Below are positions 7,732 to 16,485 of a stretch of DNA of 32,000 nt, piece by piece. The DNA comes from Nonlabens ponticola (lineage in GTDB: Bacteria > Bacteroidota > Bacteroidia > Flavobacteriales > Flavobacteriaceae): contig NZ_CP034549.1 of the NCBI RefSeq assembly GCF_003966335.1, positions 2,190,001 through 2,222,000 of the forward strand, in the 5' to 3' direction. Under the pieces are notes generated by a model. That model ran no database searches. It saw nothing but the letters and a program-made list of their open reading frames with translations, and had not been told where the DNA came from. Position numbers and translations under genes: made by a program. Position 1 is the first letter of the stretch, and every line of letters begins with the position of its first letter.

Positions 7732-9639
7732 TTACTCTTCTTCTTTTGCTGCTTTCTTAGACTTCTTCTTGGCTGGTGCAGCTTTCACTTTACCTTCCAT
7801 TTGATCTTTCAATGCTTGTAGTTTAGAATTAGCATCACCTAGCGTTGGCTTTTCAGCTTCTTGTTGCTGCTTAGCCGCTTGCTTAACGATTTTTGCTTCT
7901 TCTTCTTTGTGGATTACCATATGTGATCCAACTACACGTTTGAATTCCTTATTGAACTCGATGATCTCGATCTTAGCAGTCTCACCTTTCTTCAATTTAG
8001 TTCCGTCTTCTTTCTCAAGGTGACGTGAAGGAATGAATACTGTGATATCGTCGTTGAAAGTTACAACTGCACCCTTATCAACCATATCAGTAATCTCAAC
8101 CTCGTGAGTTGTTCCTAGACCAAATTCAGCCTCATACTTATCCCATGGGTTATCCTTAGTCTGCTTGTGTCCTAGAGACAACTTGCGACCATTAACATCT
8201 AGTTCAAGAACTACTACATCAAGCTTGTCACCTACCGCACAGAATTCTGATGGGTGCTTCACTTTCTTAGTCCATGATAGGTCAGAGATGTAGATCAATC
8301 CATCAACGCCTTCTTCAAGCTCTACAAACACACCAAAGTTGGTGAAGTTTCTAACGATACCTGTGTGGCGTGAACCAACAGGATACTTAGTTGTGATATC
8401 AGTCCATGGATCTTGTGATAGCTGCTTCATACCAAGAGACATCTTGCGGTCTTCTCTATCAATAGTAAGAACCTCTGCATCGATGATGTCACCTACTTTT
8501 ACAAAGTCACCAGCACTTCTCAAGTGCGTTGACCATGACATTTCAGATACGTGAACGAGTCCTTCAACACCTTCTTCTACCTCTACAAACGCACCGTAGT
8601 CTGCGATGACAACAACCTTACCTTTGACTTTATCGCCTGGTTTGATCTTGTCAGATAGCGCTTCCCATGGGTGAGCCTCTAGTTGCTTCATACCTAACTG
8701 GATACGTGACTTATCTTCATCAAAGTCAAGGATTACCACATTAAGCGTCTGGTCTAGTTCTACCACCTCATTAGGGTGGTTGATACGTGACCATGATAGG
8801 TCAGTAATGTGTACCAGTCCATCAACACCACCTAGATCAACAAACACACCGTAAGAAGTGATGTTCTTCACAACACCTTCCAATACTTGTCCTTTCTCTA
8901 GACGAGAGATGATTTCTTTTTTCTGCTCTTCAATATCTGCCTCGATAAGCGCTTTGTGCGATACAACAACATTCTTGAACTCGTGGTTAATTTTCACCAC
9001 CTTGAATTCCATGCTCTTGTCAACGTATGCATCATAATCACGGATAGGTTTAACGTCAATTTGGGATCCTGGCAAGAATGCCTCAATTCCAAAAACGTCA
9101 ACGATCATACCACCTTTGGTACGACATTTTACATAACCATTTACGATCTCGCCAGTGTCATGTGCATTGTTTACACGTTCCCATGCTTTGATCAAGCGTG
9201 CTTTACGGTGAGACAATACTAGTTGACCTGTGGCGTCTTCACGTACATCAACCAATACCTCAACCTTATCACCTTCTTTAAGGTTCTGGTTGTAACGGAA
9301 CTCGTTGAGTGAGATTACACCTTCAGATTTTGCATTGATGTCGATGATAGCATCACGATCAGTGATTTTGATCACGGTACCCTCAATCACATCGTTATCA
9401 ATAGTGTCTACAAAGTTTTCAGCTACTAGCTTTTCAAAAGCCTTAAGTTGATCTTCGTCTACTTTCTCGATACCTTCACTGTAACGTTCCCAGTCAAAAG
9501 TGTCTAGGAATTCAGTAGGATTTTTTTGTGCTTCAGAAATGGTGACTGGTGTCGCCTTTTCTACCTGCTCTTGAACTTGTTCTTGAGTAACACCATCTTG
9601 TGCTGCCTCTAGTTCTTGTTTTGTTGTTTCTTCAGCCAT
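7732..9639 (-). CDS. rpsA: 30S ribosomal protein S1
   Basis: 635 aa with repeated S1 (OB-fold) modules (GxVxxVxxxGAFVxL-type blocks such as YGVFVDLGGVDGLVHITD and YGAFVEVEEGVEGLVHVSE). It has an acidic N-terminal extension and a Lys-rich tail. Confidence 0.93.
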   Translation of the reverse strand: MAEETTKQELEAAQDGVTQEQVQEQVEKATPVTISEAQKNPTEFLDTFDWERYSEGIEKVDEDQLKAFEKLVAENFVDTIDNDVIEGTVIKITDRDAIIDINAKSEGVISLNEFRYNQNLKEGDKVEVLVDVREDATGQLVLSHRKARLIKAWERVNNAHDTGEIVNGYVKCRTKGGMIVDVFGIEAFLPGSQIDVKPIRDYDAYVDKSMEFKVVKINHEFKNVVVSHKALIEADIEEQKKEIISRLEKGQVLEGVVKNITSYGVFVDLGGVDGLVHITDLSWSRINHPNEVVELDQTLNVVILDFDEDKSRIQLGMKQLEAHPWEALSDKIKPGDKVKGKVVVIADYGAFVEVEEGVEGLVHVSEMSWSTHLRSAGDFVKVGDIIDAEVLTIDREDRKMSLGMKQLSQDPWTDITTKYPVGSRHTGIVRNFTNFGVFVELEEGVDGLIYISDLSWTKKVKHPSEFCAVGDKLDVVVLELDVNGRKLSLGHKQTKDNPWDKYEAEFGLGTTHEVEITDMVDKGAVVTFNDDITVFIPSRHLEKEDGTKLKKGETAKIEIIEFNKEFKRVVGSHMVIHKEEEAKIVKQAAKQQQEAEKPTLGDANSKLQALKDQMEGKVKAAPAKKKSKKAAKEEE

Positions 9640-9757
9640 GTTTGTTGCTGATTAAAATTTGTATTCAAGGTGCGCCGGAAACTTATAGAACTTCCCTTGA
9701 AGATTTTATATAAGTTTTTGATTCCCAAACGGTTTCCGTTTTCTCGATTTGGGCTGG

Positions 9758-9765
9758 CAAAAGTA
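9758..9765 (-). promoter_or_regulatory. Candidate -7 box (TACTTTTG) for rpsA
   Basis: TAnnTTTG on the minus strand about 120 nt upstream of the rpsA ATG. The leader contains a small hairpin, AACGGAAACCGTT. Confidence 0.35.
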
Positions 9766-9824
9766 CAATCTTTTTCAATTAATTCATAGTCCACTTGCCT
9801 GTTATTGAGCAGTTTTGTGGTTAC

Positions 9825-9838
9825 GCTTTCGCGAAAGC
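9825..9838. repeat. Iterated palindrome, copy 2 (intergenic, between the rpsA and DUF1801 promoters)
   Basis: Exact 14-mer. Context is TTACGCTTTCGCGAAAGCATAA. Confidence 0.95.
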
Positions 9839-9844
9839 ATAATC

Positions 9845-9852
9845 TATATTTG
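9845..9852 (+). promoter_or_regulatory. Candidate -7 box (TATATTTG) for the DUF1801 gene
   Basis: TAnnTTTG 28 nt upstream of the ATG at 9881, and 6 nt downstream of palindrome copy 2. Confidence 0.35.
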
Positions 9853-9880
9853 CTATCTTACCATTAAAAGTCTTTTTTTA

Positions 9881-10339
9881 ATGACATCAACCGCAACAAC
9901 ACCAGAGCAATACCTCGACGAATTAACTGAAGAGCGACATCAGGCAGTGCGCAAATTGAGAGATACCGTAAGAGAAAATCTGCCCGACGGGTTTGAGGAA
10001 TCCATGGGTTATGGCATGATTGCTTATCAAGTGCCTTTATCCAGCTATCCTAAAGGTTATCATGCTGGCAAAGAGCCTACACCACTACCTTTTATCAATA
10101 TTGCTTCACAGAAAAATCATATTGCTCTGTATCATATGGGTCTATATTCCAGGCCTGATTTGCTAGACTGGTTCAAAGATGAATTTCCTAAACACAGCAA
10201 GCGAAAACTCGATATGGGAAAGAGCTGCATCCGTTTTAAGAATATTGACGATATTCCCTATGATTTGATAGGCGACTTATGTGGCAAGGTTCATGTGCAG
10301 GATTGGATCAAAGTTTATGAATCAGTAATTAAAAGATAG
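9881..10339 (+). CDS. DUF1801 (YdhG-like) domain protein
   Basis: The ORF in the track starts at a TTG (9815) that overlaps the palindrome and -7 box; the ATG at 9881 (MTSTATTPEQYLDEL...) is more plausible. The sequence pattern EQYLDEL...RHQAVRKLRDTVRENLP...MIAY recalls the DUF1801 family. Confidence 0.65.
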   Translation: MTSTATTPEQYLDELTEERHQAVRKLRDTVRENLPDGFEESMGYGMIAYQVPLSSYPKGYHAGKEPTPLPFINIASQKNHIALYHMGLYSRPDLLDWFKDEFPKHSKRKLDMGKSCIRFKNIDDIPYDLIGDLCGKVHVQDWIKVYESVIKR

Positions 10340-10340
10340 A

Positions 10341-10811
10341 ATGAGAATTTATTTATTACCGCTTGTGATCGTCATGTTTCTAGCATCTTGCAATGAGAAA
10401 CCAGTAACTATTGACGACCCAAGAAATCATCCAGAACGATACAGGAAAGTGGATACAGCCACTACTGTAAAAATGCAGGAAGTACTCAAGCAGGATGTTT
10501 ATCTCAATGATCTAGATCCCAATGCTGGCATGGATATCCAGCCTAAAACCATCACAATGTTTTATTATACAGAACAGGATAGCACTGAGACGATCTATGA
10601 ATATGTGGTTGACCAAAAACTCGACGGTCAGGATTACAAGGATGAAGGCGTGAGCTTTTTACACTTGAAAAAGGATGGACAAGTGCTGGACTATAAATTT
10701 CTAGCAAACAATCGTGATGTATTGCGTTTTGAATATGTAAAGGATGGAACGGTACACGAGTATTTTCCTAAAAACAGACCTACTGCGCCGCCTGTAATAT
10801 TGCCTGATTAG
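10341..10811 (+). CDS. Hypothetical lipoprotein
   Basis: 156 aa with a signal peptide and lipobox (MRIYLLPLVIVMFLASC). It starts 1 nt after the DUF1801 stop. Its 3' end overlaps the cmk 3' end by 32 nt. Confidence 0.65.
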   Translation: MRIYLLPLVIVMFLASCNEKPVTIDDPRNHPERYRKVDTATTVKMQEVLKQDVYLNDLDPNAGMDIQPKTITMFYYTEQDSTETIYEYVVDQKLDGQDYKDEGVSFLHLKKDGQVLDYKFLANNRDVLRFEYVKDGTVHEYFPKNRPTAPPVILPD

Positions 10812-11481
10812 CCCAATGCATCAATTGTTCGAACTGCTGCTCTCGATTCATGGTGCTGGTATCAAGTAGCATGGCATCATCTGCCTGACGTAATGGACTA
10901 TCTTCTCTAGTAGAATCAATCTCATCACGCTCTAAAACATTTTCTAGCACTTGCTGGTAATCCACATCATCACCACGTTCTTTCAATTCATCATATCGAC
11001 GTTGCGCGCGTACATCTGCGGCTGCAGTCATAAATACCTTAAGCTCTGCATCTGGGAAGACTACGGTGCCTATATCACGACCATCCATTACTAGACCTTT
11101 ATTCTTGCCCATGGCTTGTTGTTGCTCGACCAGTTTGGCACGCACCTCGCTTACTGATGCTATGATACTGACAACGTTGCTTACCTCGAGAGTGCGAATT
11201 TCCTTCTCCACGTTCTCACCATTGAGGTAAACTTCATTGATATGAGTTTCAGGGTTACGTTGAAAATTTATTGAAATACCTGGCAATTCTTCTATGAGCT
11301 TTTCAGTGTTTAATTGCTGGTCGGTAATTAAGTTTTCGCGTAAAGCAAAATAAGATATCGCCCTATACATCGCGCCTGTATCCACAAACAGGTAACCCAA
11401 TTCATGAGCCAGTCGCCTGGCGCTGGTACTTTTTCCCGTACTTGAATGGCCGTCAATTGCAATGTTAATCTTATTACTCAT
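10780..11481 (-). CDS. cmk: (d)CMP kinase
   Basis: 233 aa with P-loop IAIDGHSSTGKST, then FVDTGAMYRA and MDGRDIGTVVFPDAELKVFMTA. Confidence 0.92.
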   Translation of the reverse strand: MSNKINIAIDGHSSTGKSTSARRLAHELGYLFVDTGAMYRAISYFALRENLITDQQLNTEKLIEELPGISINFQRNPETHINEVYLNGENVEKEIRTLEVSNVVSIIASVSEVRAKLVEQQQAMGKNKGLVMDGRDIGTVVFPDAELKVFMTAAADVRAQRRYDELKERGDDVDYQQVLENVLERDEIDSTREDSPLRQADDAMLLDTSTMNREQQFEQLMHWANQAILQAAQ

Positions 11482-11484
11482 AGA

Positions 11485-12498
11485 TTATTGCAAGTTAATG
11501 TTTACGCCAATAAAACTAGTGTGTGCTGCCCGAGAGTATCGAGCATGTGAATAACTAAAACGCATCTTATTGATCTTGAGTGAGAAACCAGCACTGAGAC
11601 CAGAAAAAGCTCTTGTGTCTTCAATCCGTAGTTCCTCGGCACGGCGGAAGCTGTAGCCTAATCTTAATTGAAAAGCTCCTGCAGGAAACACTTCTACTCC
11701 TAGTACAGTATGGCGCAGCGCATTGTTGAAAAAGCCAGGATCATCCTCGATCACATTACCGTCTAGATCACGCTGAGCATTGGCGTCGTTTGAAAAAGCA
11801 AGATCCCATTGCTGTAAATTTTCAAGTGTCACGTGTAAGCGCACAGGTATGTTGCGCATGGTGTTTGAAAAACCTGCAGCGATTTCTAGTGGTAGATCTT
11901 CATAAATCTCATTATATGGCGTGAACTGCGTGCCTAAATTGCGCACAACCAGTGCTGCTCGCATCGTTTTATCCTGGTCATAATATAAAAAACCAATATC
12001 AACAGCACCACCTATTGAAGTGTATTCTTCCAGTTGCGAACTGATGAGTTTGATATTAGCACCTACATAGAAATCAGTCCAAGGTATGTTGTAGGCATAA
12101 CCAAGGCTCACGGCAACCTCATTACCGCCGAATTCGCCAGTTGAATTGCCTTGCTCGTCAAAACCGTCAAAATTCCCATAGTTGAGATAAGTCACACCAG
12201 CATGAAAAGTTTGAACATGGCGATCCCAAGTGTAAGCATAACTGGCCGTACCATAGTTCACATCGCCTAGATAGTTGGCATAGTTTACTTGTAACTGATT
12301 ATGCATATCTCTATTGATCGTTGCAGGATTGTACAGCGCCATGGTAGGATCATAATCTACCGCAGTGAGTACGCGACCGCCTAATGCAGCTTGCTTTGTT
12401 CCAGAAACTAGATTGAGAAATTGATAAGTCGATCTACCGCCTATTTGCGCATTGCTGCACACGCACGTGAAAAGAATTACAATATATAGGTAGCGCAT
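11485..12498 (-). CDS. porQ: Outer-membrane beta-barrel protein, probably type IX secretion component PorQ
   Basis: 337 aa with a signal peptide, then GGRSTYQFLNLVSGTKQAALGG, which I recognise as PorQ-like. Alternating beta strands continue to the C-terminus. It lies immediately upstream of cmk (3-nt gap), which from memory is the usual flavobacterial arrangement. Confidence 0.55.
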   Translation of the reverse strand: MRYLYIVILFTCVCSNAQIGGRSTYQFLNLVSGTKQAALGGRVLTAVDYDPTMALYNPATINRDMHNQLQVNYANYLGDVNYGTASYAYTWDRHVQTFHAGVTYLNYGNFDGFDEQGNSTGEFGGNEVAVSLGYAYNIPWTDFYVGANIKLISSQLEEYTSIGGAVDIGFLYYDQDKTMRAALVVRNLGTQFTPYNEIYEDLPLEIAAGFSNTMRNIPVRLHVTLENLQQWDLAFSNDANAQRDLDGNVIEDDPGFFNNALRHTVLGVEVFPAGAFQLRLGYSFRRAEELRIEDTRAFSGLSAGFSLKINKMRFSYSHARYSRAAHTSFIGVNINLQ

Positions 12499-12612
12499 GC
12501 GGTAATTGTGATCTCGATAGGGATAACGACTGCAAGTTTAATTTATTTTTGACGTCTCTTAAAGAGTTTGACTGGATACTTCGCTACCTATTGTTTGATA
12601 ATGTGAATACTG

Positions 12613-13041
12613 ATGATTGAATTGAGTTTACTAGAATTATTGAAACTATCCTGCGATGTAGGTCTTGTCGTTCTTATATGGATTGTGCAATTACTTATCT
12701 ATCCTAGCTTTATCTATTTTGCGGGCGATGGCCTGGCGCGATGGCATACTATTTACACACGCAACATCACTTTTATTGTATTGCCTTTGATGCTGGGTCA
12801 GTTATTGTTATCAGGCTGGCTGTTATTCGGTAATGCAGATTATACAGCTGTGAGAATTGCCGACTTTATTCTTGTGGGAAGCATGTGGGCAAGCACGGCT
12901 TTTTACTACAAGCCACTGCATGAGAAATTGCAAAAGGAGCCGCATCGTAAGGAATTGTGTATAGAGTTGACGACATCCAACTGGTGGCGTGTTGCAGTGT
13001 GGACGGTAATTTTGGTGTTGAATTTTATTGTTATTTGGTGA
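12613..13041 (+). CDS. Hypothetical 4-TM membrane protein
   Basis: A 142-aa ORF with four hydrophobic segments; the family is not recognised with confidence (possibly DUF1772-like). Confidence 0.6.
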   Translation: MIELSLLELLKLSCDVGLVVLIWIVQLLIYPSFIYFAGDGLARWHTIYTRNITFIVLPLMLGQLLLSGWLLFGNADYTAVRIADFILVGSMWASTAFYYKPLHEKLQKEPHRKELCIELTTSNWWRVAVWTVILVLNFIVIW

Positions 13042-13048
13042 TTGATCA

Positions 13049-13155
13049 TTGGAGCTTGGAGCTTGGAGCTTGGAGCTTGGAGCTTGGAACTTGGAACTTG
13101 GAACTTGGAACTTGGAACTTGGAACTTGGAACTTGGAACTTGGAACTTGGAACTT
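13049..13155 (+). repeat. Pure heptanucleotide tandem array (TTGGAGC)x5 (TTGGAAC)x10
   Basis: Direct count: TTGGAGC units start at 13049, 13056, 13063, 13070 and 13077. TTGGAAC units start at 13084 through 13147 in steps of 7. There are no interruptions. Confidence 0.97.
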
Positions 13156-13166
13156 AAAAAGATACT

Positions 13167-13565
13167 ATGAGTGAAAAAAGCATGAGTTTGACATTAAAAC
13201 TAGCAGCCATCTACAACATTTTATGGGGCGCATGGGTAGTGATCTTTCCTGATATGTTTTGGGATCTTGTGGGCATGGAGCGACTCAACCAACCTATGGT
13301 CTGGCAAGGAATGGGAATGGTGATTGGTGTTTATGGATTAGGATACTGGTGGGCAAGCTATAACCCGATGAGGCACTGGCCTATTGTCGCGGTTGGTATG
13401 CTGGGTAAAATCTTTGGGCCGCTAGGGTTTGTATTCAACCATGCGCAAGGCAAGGTTCCGTTTGAATTTATCTATACCTTGATTACCAACGATTTTATCT
13501 GGTGGATACCGTTTTTCTTGATTTTGAAAAAGGTGCATACTGATTATCAATGGAAGCTCAACTAG
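13167..13565 (+). CDS. Hypothetical Trp-rich 4-TM membrane protein
   Basis: A 132-aa ORF with four hydrophobic helices (IYNILWGAWVVIF, GMGMVIGVYGLGYWWA, WPIVAVGMLGKIFGPLGFVF, FIWWIPFFLIL). The ATG is 11 nt after the heptamer array. Confidence 0.65.
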   Translation: MSEKSMSLTLKLAAIYNILWGAWVVIFPDMFWDLVGMERLNQPMVWQGMGMVIGVYGLGYWWASYNPMRHWPIVAVGMLGKIFGPLGFVFNHAQGKVPFEFIYTLITNDFIWWIPFFLILKKVHTDYQWKLN

Positions 13566-13758
13566 AGCAAAGCCTACTGAAAAAAAACGATTCTATTTCA
13601 TTCATAGTAGGCAACAAGTAATACGACAATCCTATCAAGAAATAAAGAAATTGTAAATTTCAAAAAGCATTTCTGGAGCACTGCTTATCAGGTATCATAG
13701 AATCGTTGGAACTTTGGAGCTAGATTAAATTGCTTGTCTATTGTAGATATATTAGAAT

Positions 13759-13766
13759 TACTTTTG
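13759..13766 (+). promoter_or_regulatory. Candidate -7 box (TACTTTTG) for the island GT2 gene
   Basis: TAnnTTTG 82 nt upstream of the ATG at 13849. Confidence 0.3.
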
Positions 13767-13848
13767 TACTTATGTGCGAGTTTCTAAAGTCACAAATTAA
13801 ACAAAATGTAATTTTAGATAATCTAGGTTAATCTCAAAACCGTATTAA

Positions 13849-14790
13849 ATGAAGAAAATTGCAGTGATCCTGCCATGTTATAATGAGAGCAATTTAATAC
13901 ATAAATTCAATCATAAAATAGTTGAGCATCTAGAGCACCTGTCCTACAAATTTGATTTACTTTACGTCAACGATGGTTCTATAGACGACACGGTTAAATA
14001 TATAAAATCCATTACATGCAAAGCCTCAAATATTAACATCAAATTGCTGGACCTAACCTACAATGTAGGCCACCAATCAGCCATATATCAAGGGCTACTT
14101 TATAGCAGCAATAAACCCTATGATAATGTTCTAATAATGGATTCAGATGGTGAAGATGATCCCAATGCTATCTCGACCATTCTAGATCATAGCGACCATG
14201 ATATCGTACAGGTAAGTCGCGGGAAAAGAAGTGAATCGCTAGTTTTCAAACTGTTGTATAAGATTTATAAACTGATCTTTTATTTCCTCATCGGCAAAAA
14301 AATAGATTATGGTAATTTTTCCCTAATTAAACCACGACTGGTAGCTGCTGCTGTCGATAATTCTTTTATACATCTAGGGGCTTTTCTAGATAATCAAAAA
14401 GGCACTAAAGGTAAAGTGAAATGGAATCGAAGTAAAAGACTAGACGGTCAATCAAAAATGAGTTTCACTAATCTTTTCTACCATGGTATTAGCTCGTTGA
14501 CCGAAAATGCTCAGAGCTTACTATTCTTTTTTATAAGATTATCAATTTTGATATTGATAGGTATTATTGTGCTTTCGGTTACTATTATTTATAAAAAATA
14601 CATTTTGAATATAGCCATTCTAGGATGGTCTAGTACCCTATTATCCAATTTGCTCAATTCTCTATTGATATGTATTGGATTTTTTGTGATGGGATCACTC
14701 CAGCTTAATTTATTGAGCAAGCAAGGAAAAAAGCGCCGTGAAAAAATCTTCATACCGCACACCATTGTTGAAAATTGGAAAGACAATTAG
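13849..14790 (+). CDS. Family 2 glycosyltransferase, polyprenyl-phosphate sugar synthase type (GtrB/ArnC/DPM1-like)
   Basis: 313 aa with IAVILPCYNES, YVNDGSIDDT and the MDSDGEDDP (DxD) motif, plus two C-terminal TM helices typical of the GtrB/ArnC architecture. Confidence 0.8.
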   Translation: MKKIAVILPCYNESNLIHKFNHKIVEHLEHLSYKFDLLYVNDGSIDDTVKYIKSITCKASNINIKLLDLTYNVGHQSAIYQGLLYSSNKPYDNVLIMDSDGEDDPNAISTILDHSDHDIVQVSRGKRSESLVFKLLYKIYKLIFYFLIGKKIDYGNFSLIKPRLVAAAVDNSFIHLGAFLDNQKGTKGKVKWNRSKRLDGQSKMSFTNLFYHGISSLTENAQSLLFFFIRLSILILIGIIVLSVTIIYKKYILNIAILGWSSTLLSNLLNSLLICIGFFVMGSLQLNLLSKQGKKRREKIFIPHTIVENWKDN

Positions 14791-14797
14791 CACCACG

Positions 14798-16054
14798 ATG
14801 AAAAAACAAACTATCGCTTACCTAGCCATATCCATAGGACTTCTAATCATTCTTTTTGTAGTTACAATGCTACGTCAACAGCTACCGTTCTGGGATGAGG
14901 CTTATTACCTTGAGAATTTAGTTCTACTAGAGAATTTAGGGTTTACTAGAGAGTTTCTCTTGGCATATAAAGGTCCAGCAGGACCTACCTATGCCTGGAT
15001 TCATTATATTTTAAGTCCGTTGACAAATTTGCAGACGCCCTATGTAAGAATCGTGAATACAATTTTTCTAGCGCTTACAGTTTTTGTCATTTATCTAACT
15101 GCCAGAACAATTGATCCTTCCAGTAAGAACAACGAGGTGATAGCTCTATCGGCTATGTCGATACCTACCGTATATACTATCGCAGGGATGGCATTGACTG
15201 AAATGTTTTCGGTTTTCTTTCTTTCAGTCTTTATTTACTTGATCACCTATGTTTATGTAAAACGTAAGAACTTATGGATCCTTGCTGTCGTCGCTGGAAT
15301 AGCATTGTCCTTGGCGATTTTAGGCAGACAACCATTACTTATGGTACTGCTTGCCTTACCGATTTTCTTTGTCAGTTATGAAAAGAAAGTTATTTTAAAT
15401 CAACCGTTTAAGCGATATGGCCTATTTATCGGTGTGACCGTACTTGCGGCTCTAATACTTCCGATTTTTGTATTTAGCATTTGGGGAAATATACAACCAG
15501 CTGCAGAAGCTTCTACAGGCGTGGGCTTTGAACCTAAGCACCTGGTACTAGCATTAGGCTATTCTGCATTGCACTTATGCTTCATAAACCCCACTTACTT
15601 CAATTTTTCCAAAGATATTTCAAGCTGGTTTGAACTGGCAGGAGTGCTCGTAGTATCTGTAATACTCAACGTGTTTCTTTTGAAAGTAAGTTTCAACCCA
15701 TTTGCGGTGATCGTATCAAAAATTTTACCTGAAGACTTAATGTCACTTTATAGCATAGCGTGTGGTAGTTTACTAGCTTCCTTAGGCATACTTTTCCTTT
15801 ACTATTTCCTTAAAAAGCAACTTACCTCTTATGATAAAATGAGTGCATTTTTAAGCCTTGGTTTTTTGCTCATTATTGCCACATCGATAAAAGTGACACA
15901 TCAATTCTCAGCGCGATATGTTGCACAAGCGTTCCCGTTGCTCATTCTAGCTGCGCATTATAAACGAGAAAAATTAAAAACGATTCATATCATAACGTTG
16001 GTTATAGGTGGGATTTTGGGTATGATAAGTCTTGATAATTATTTCGTTGACTAG
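14798..16054 (+). CDS. GT-C fold integral-membrane glycosyltransferase (ArnT/PMT_2-like)
   Basis: The ATG at 14798 (MKKQTIAYLAISIGLL...) follows the GT2 stop; the track's 14738 start overlaps the GT2 gene. About 11-12 hydrophobic helices are present. The first-loop motif PFWDEAYY is characteristic of the acidic loop in GT-C enzymes. Confidence 0.65.
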   Translation: MKKQTIAYLAISIGLLIILFVVTMLRQQLPFWDEAYYLENLVLLENLGFTREFLLAYKGPAGPTYAWIHYILSPLTNLQTPYVRIVNTIFLALTVFVIYLTARTIDPSSKNNEVIALSAMSIPTVYTIAGMALTEMFSVFFLSVFIYLITYVYVKRKNLWILAVVAGIALSLAILGRQPLLMVLLALPIFFVSYEKKVILNQPFKRYGLFIGVTVLAALILPIFVFSIWGNIQPAAEASTGVGFEPKHLVLALGYSALHLCFINPTYFNFSKDISSWFELAGVLVVSVILNVFLLKVSFNPFAVIVSKILPEDLMSLYSIACGSLLASLGILFLYYFLKKQLTSYDKMSAFLSLGFLLIIATSIKVTHQFSARYVAQAFPLLILAAHYKREKLKTIHIITLVIGGILGMISLDNYFVD

Positions 16055-16485
16055 CAGTTGATTTTCCTTCTTAGATTAAAAAATACCGTTATGAATCTGA
16101 ATCTCAAAGGGCAACTTGACGCGATATTGTAAGCAAACCTTAGTACCGTATCCAGTAATCCATGGATGAAGTTAAGACAGTTACACTTCATATCAACCAT
16201 ATTTTTGCTCAAGACCGCAGTTTTTGATATGAGCCTAGAAATGGAAAGAATGATGTCATTTTCTCATTGAACTGATCTTACTGCGATGTGCAATGTTCAA
16301 CATGACAGTTTTGTTTATCACAATGGTCTCAGCCTGACATTCTTAATAATTAAAAGTTATTTTAGATTTGAATTATTAGACCTTAGTAACCTTAAAATGT
16401 TGTTTCTTTAAGTTTTATTAGATCGCGCAAAATTTTCGTGGTTTTCTCCTACAACGTGGTAGTACTGATGGTTGTTGAGAATTTT

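Noticed and set aside
8339-9222. Plus-strand ORFs inside rpsA (8339..8554, 8956..9222). Similar antisense ORFs lie inside pyrB (4970..5200), rnz (3291..3485), pgm (25767..26036), ABC (27451..27648, 28259..28519), rluA (29188..29454), the OMP gene (30763..31017) and marR (31312..31659).
   Set aside because: They are shadow ORFs opposite strongly supported conserved genes, with low-complexity or hydrophobic nonsense translations.
9609-9794. A 61-aa minus-strand ORF overlapping the rpsA start and leader
   Set aside because: It lies in the rpsA 5' UTR and promoter region, overlaps the rpsA start, and has no recognisable features.
9815-9880. N-terminal extensions implied by the ORF track (TTG at 9815; also 5964, 14738, 17937, 19108, 21808 and 25320)
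   Set aside because: In each case an internal ATG gives a canonical N-terminus (a signal peptide or a conserved family start). The extension would overlap an upstream gene, promoter box, terminator or palindrome. The 17937 extension remains possible.
11331-11345. GTTTTCGCGTAAAGC inside cmk as an eighth, degenerate palindrome copy
   Set aside because: It needs one substitution plus a 1-nt insertion relative to GCTTTCGCGAAAGC. It encodes part of a normal-looking FALRENL segment and cannot be told apart from chance without genome-wide statistics.
12957-13157. A 66-aa ORF ending in WNLELGT repeats
   Set aside because: It is an out-of-frame overlap with the 12613..13041 gene followed by read-through of the (TTGGAAC)n array. 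It is a repeat-translation artefact.
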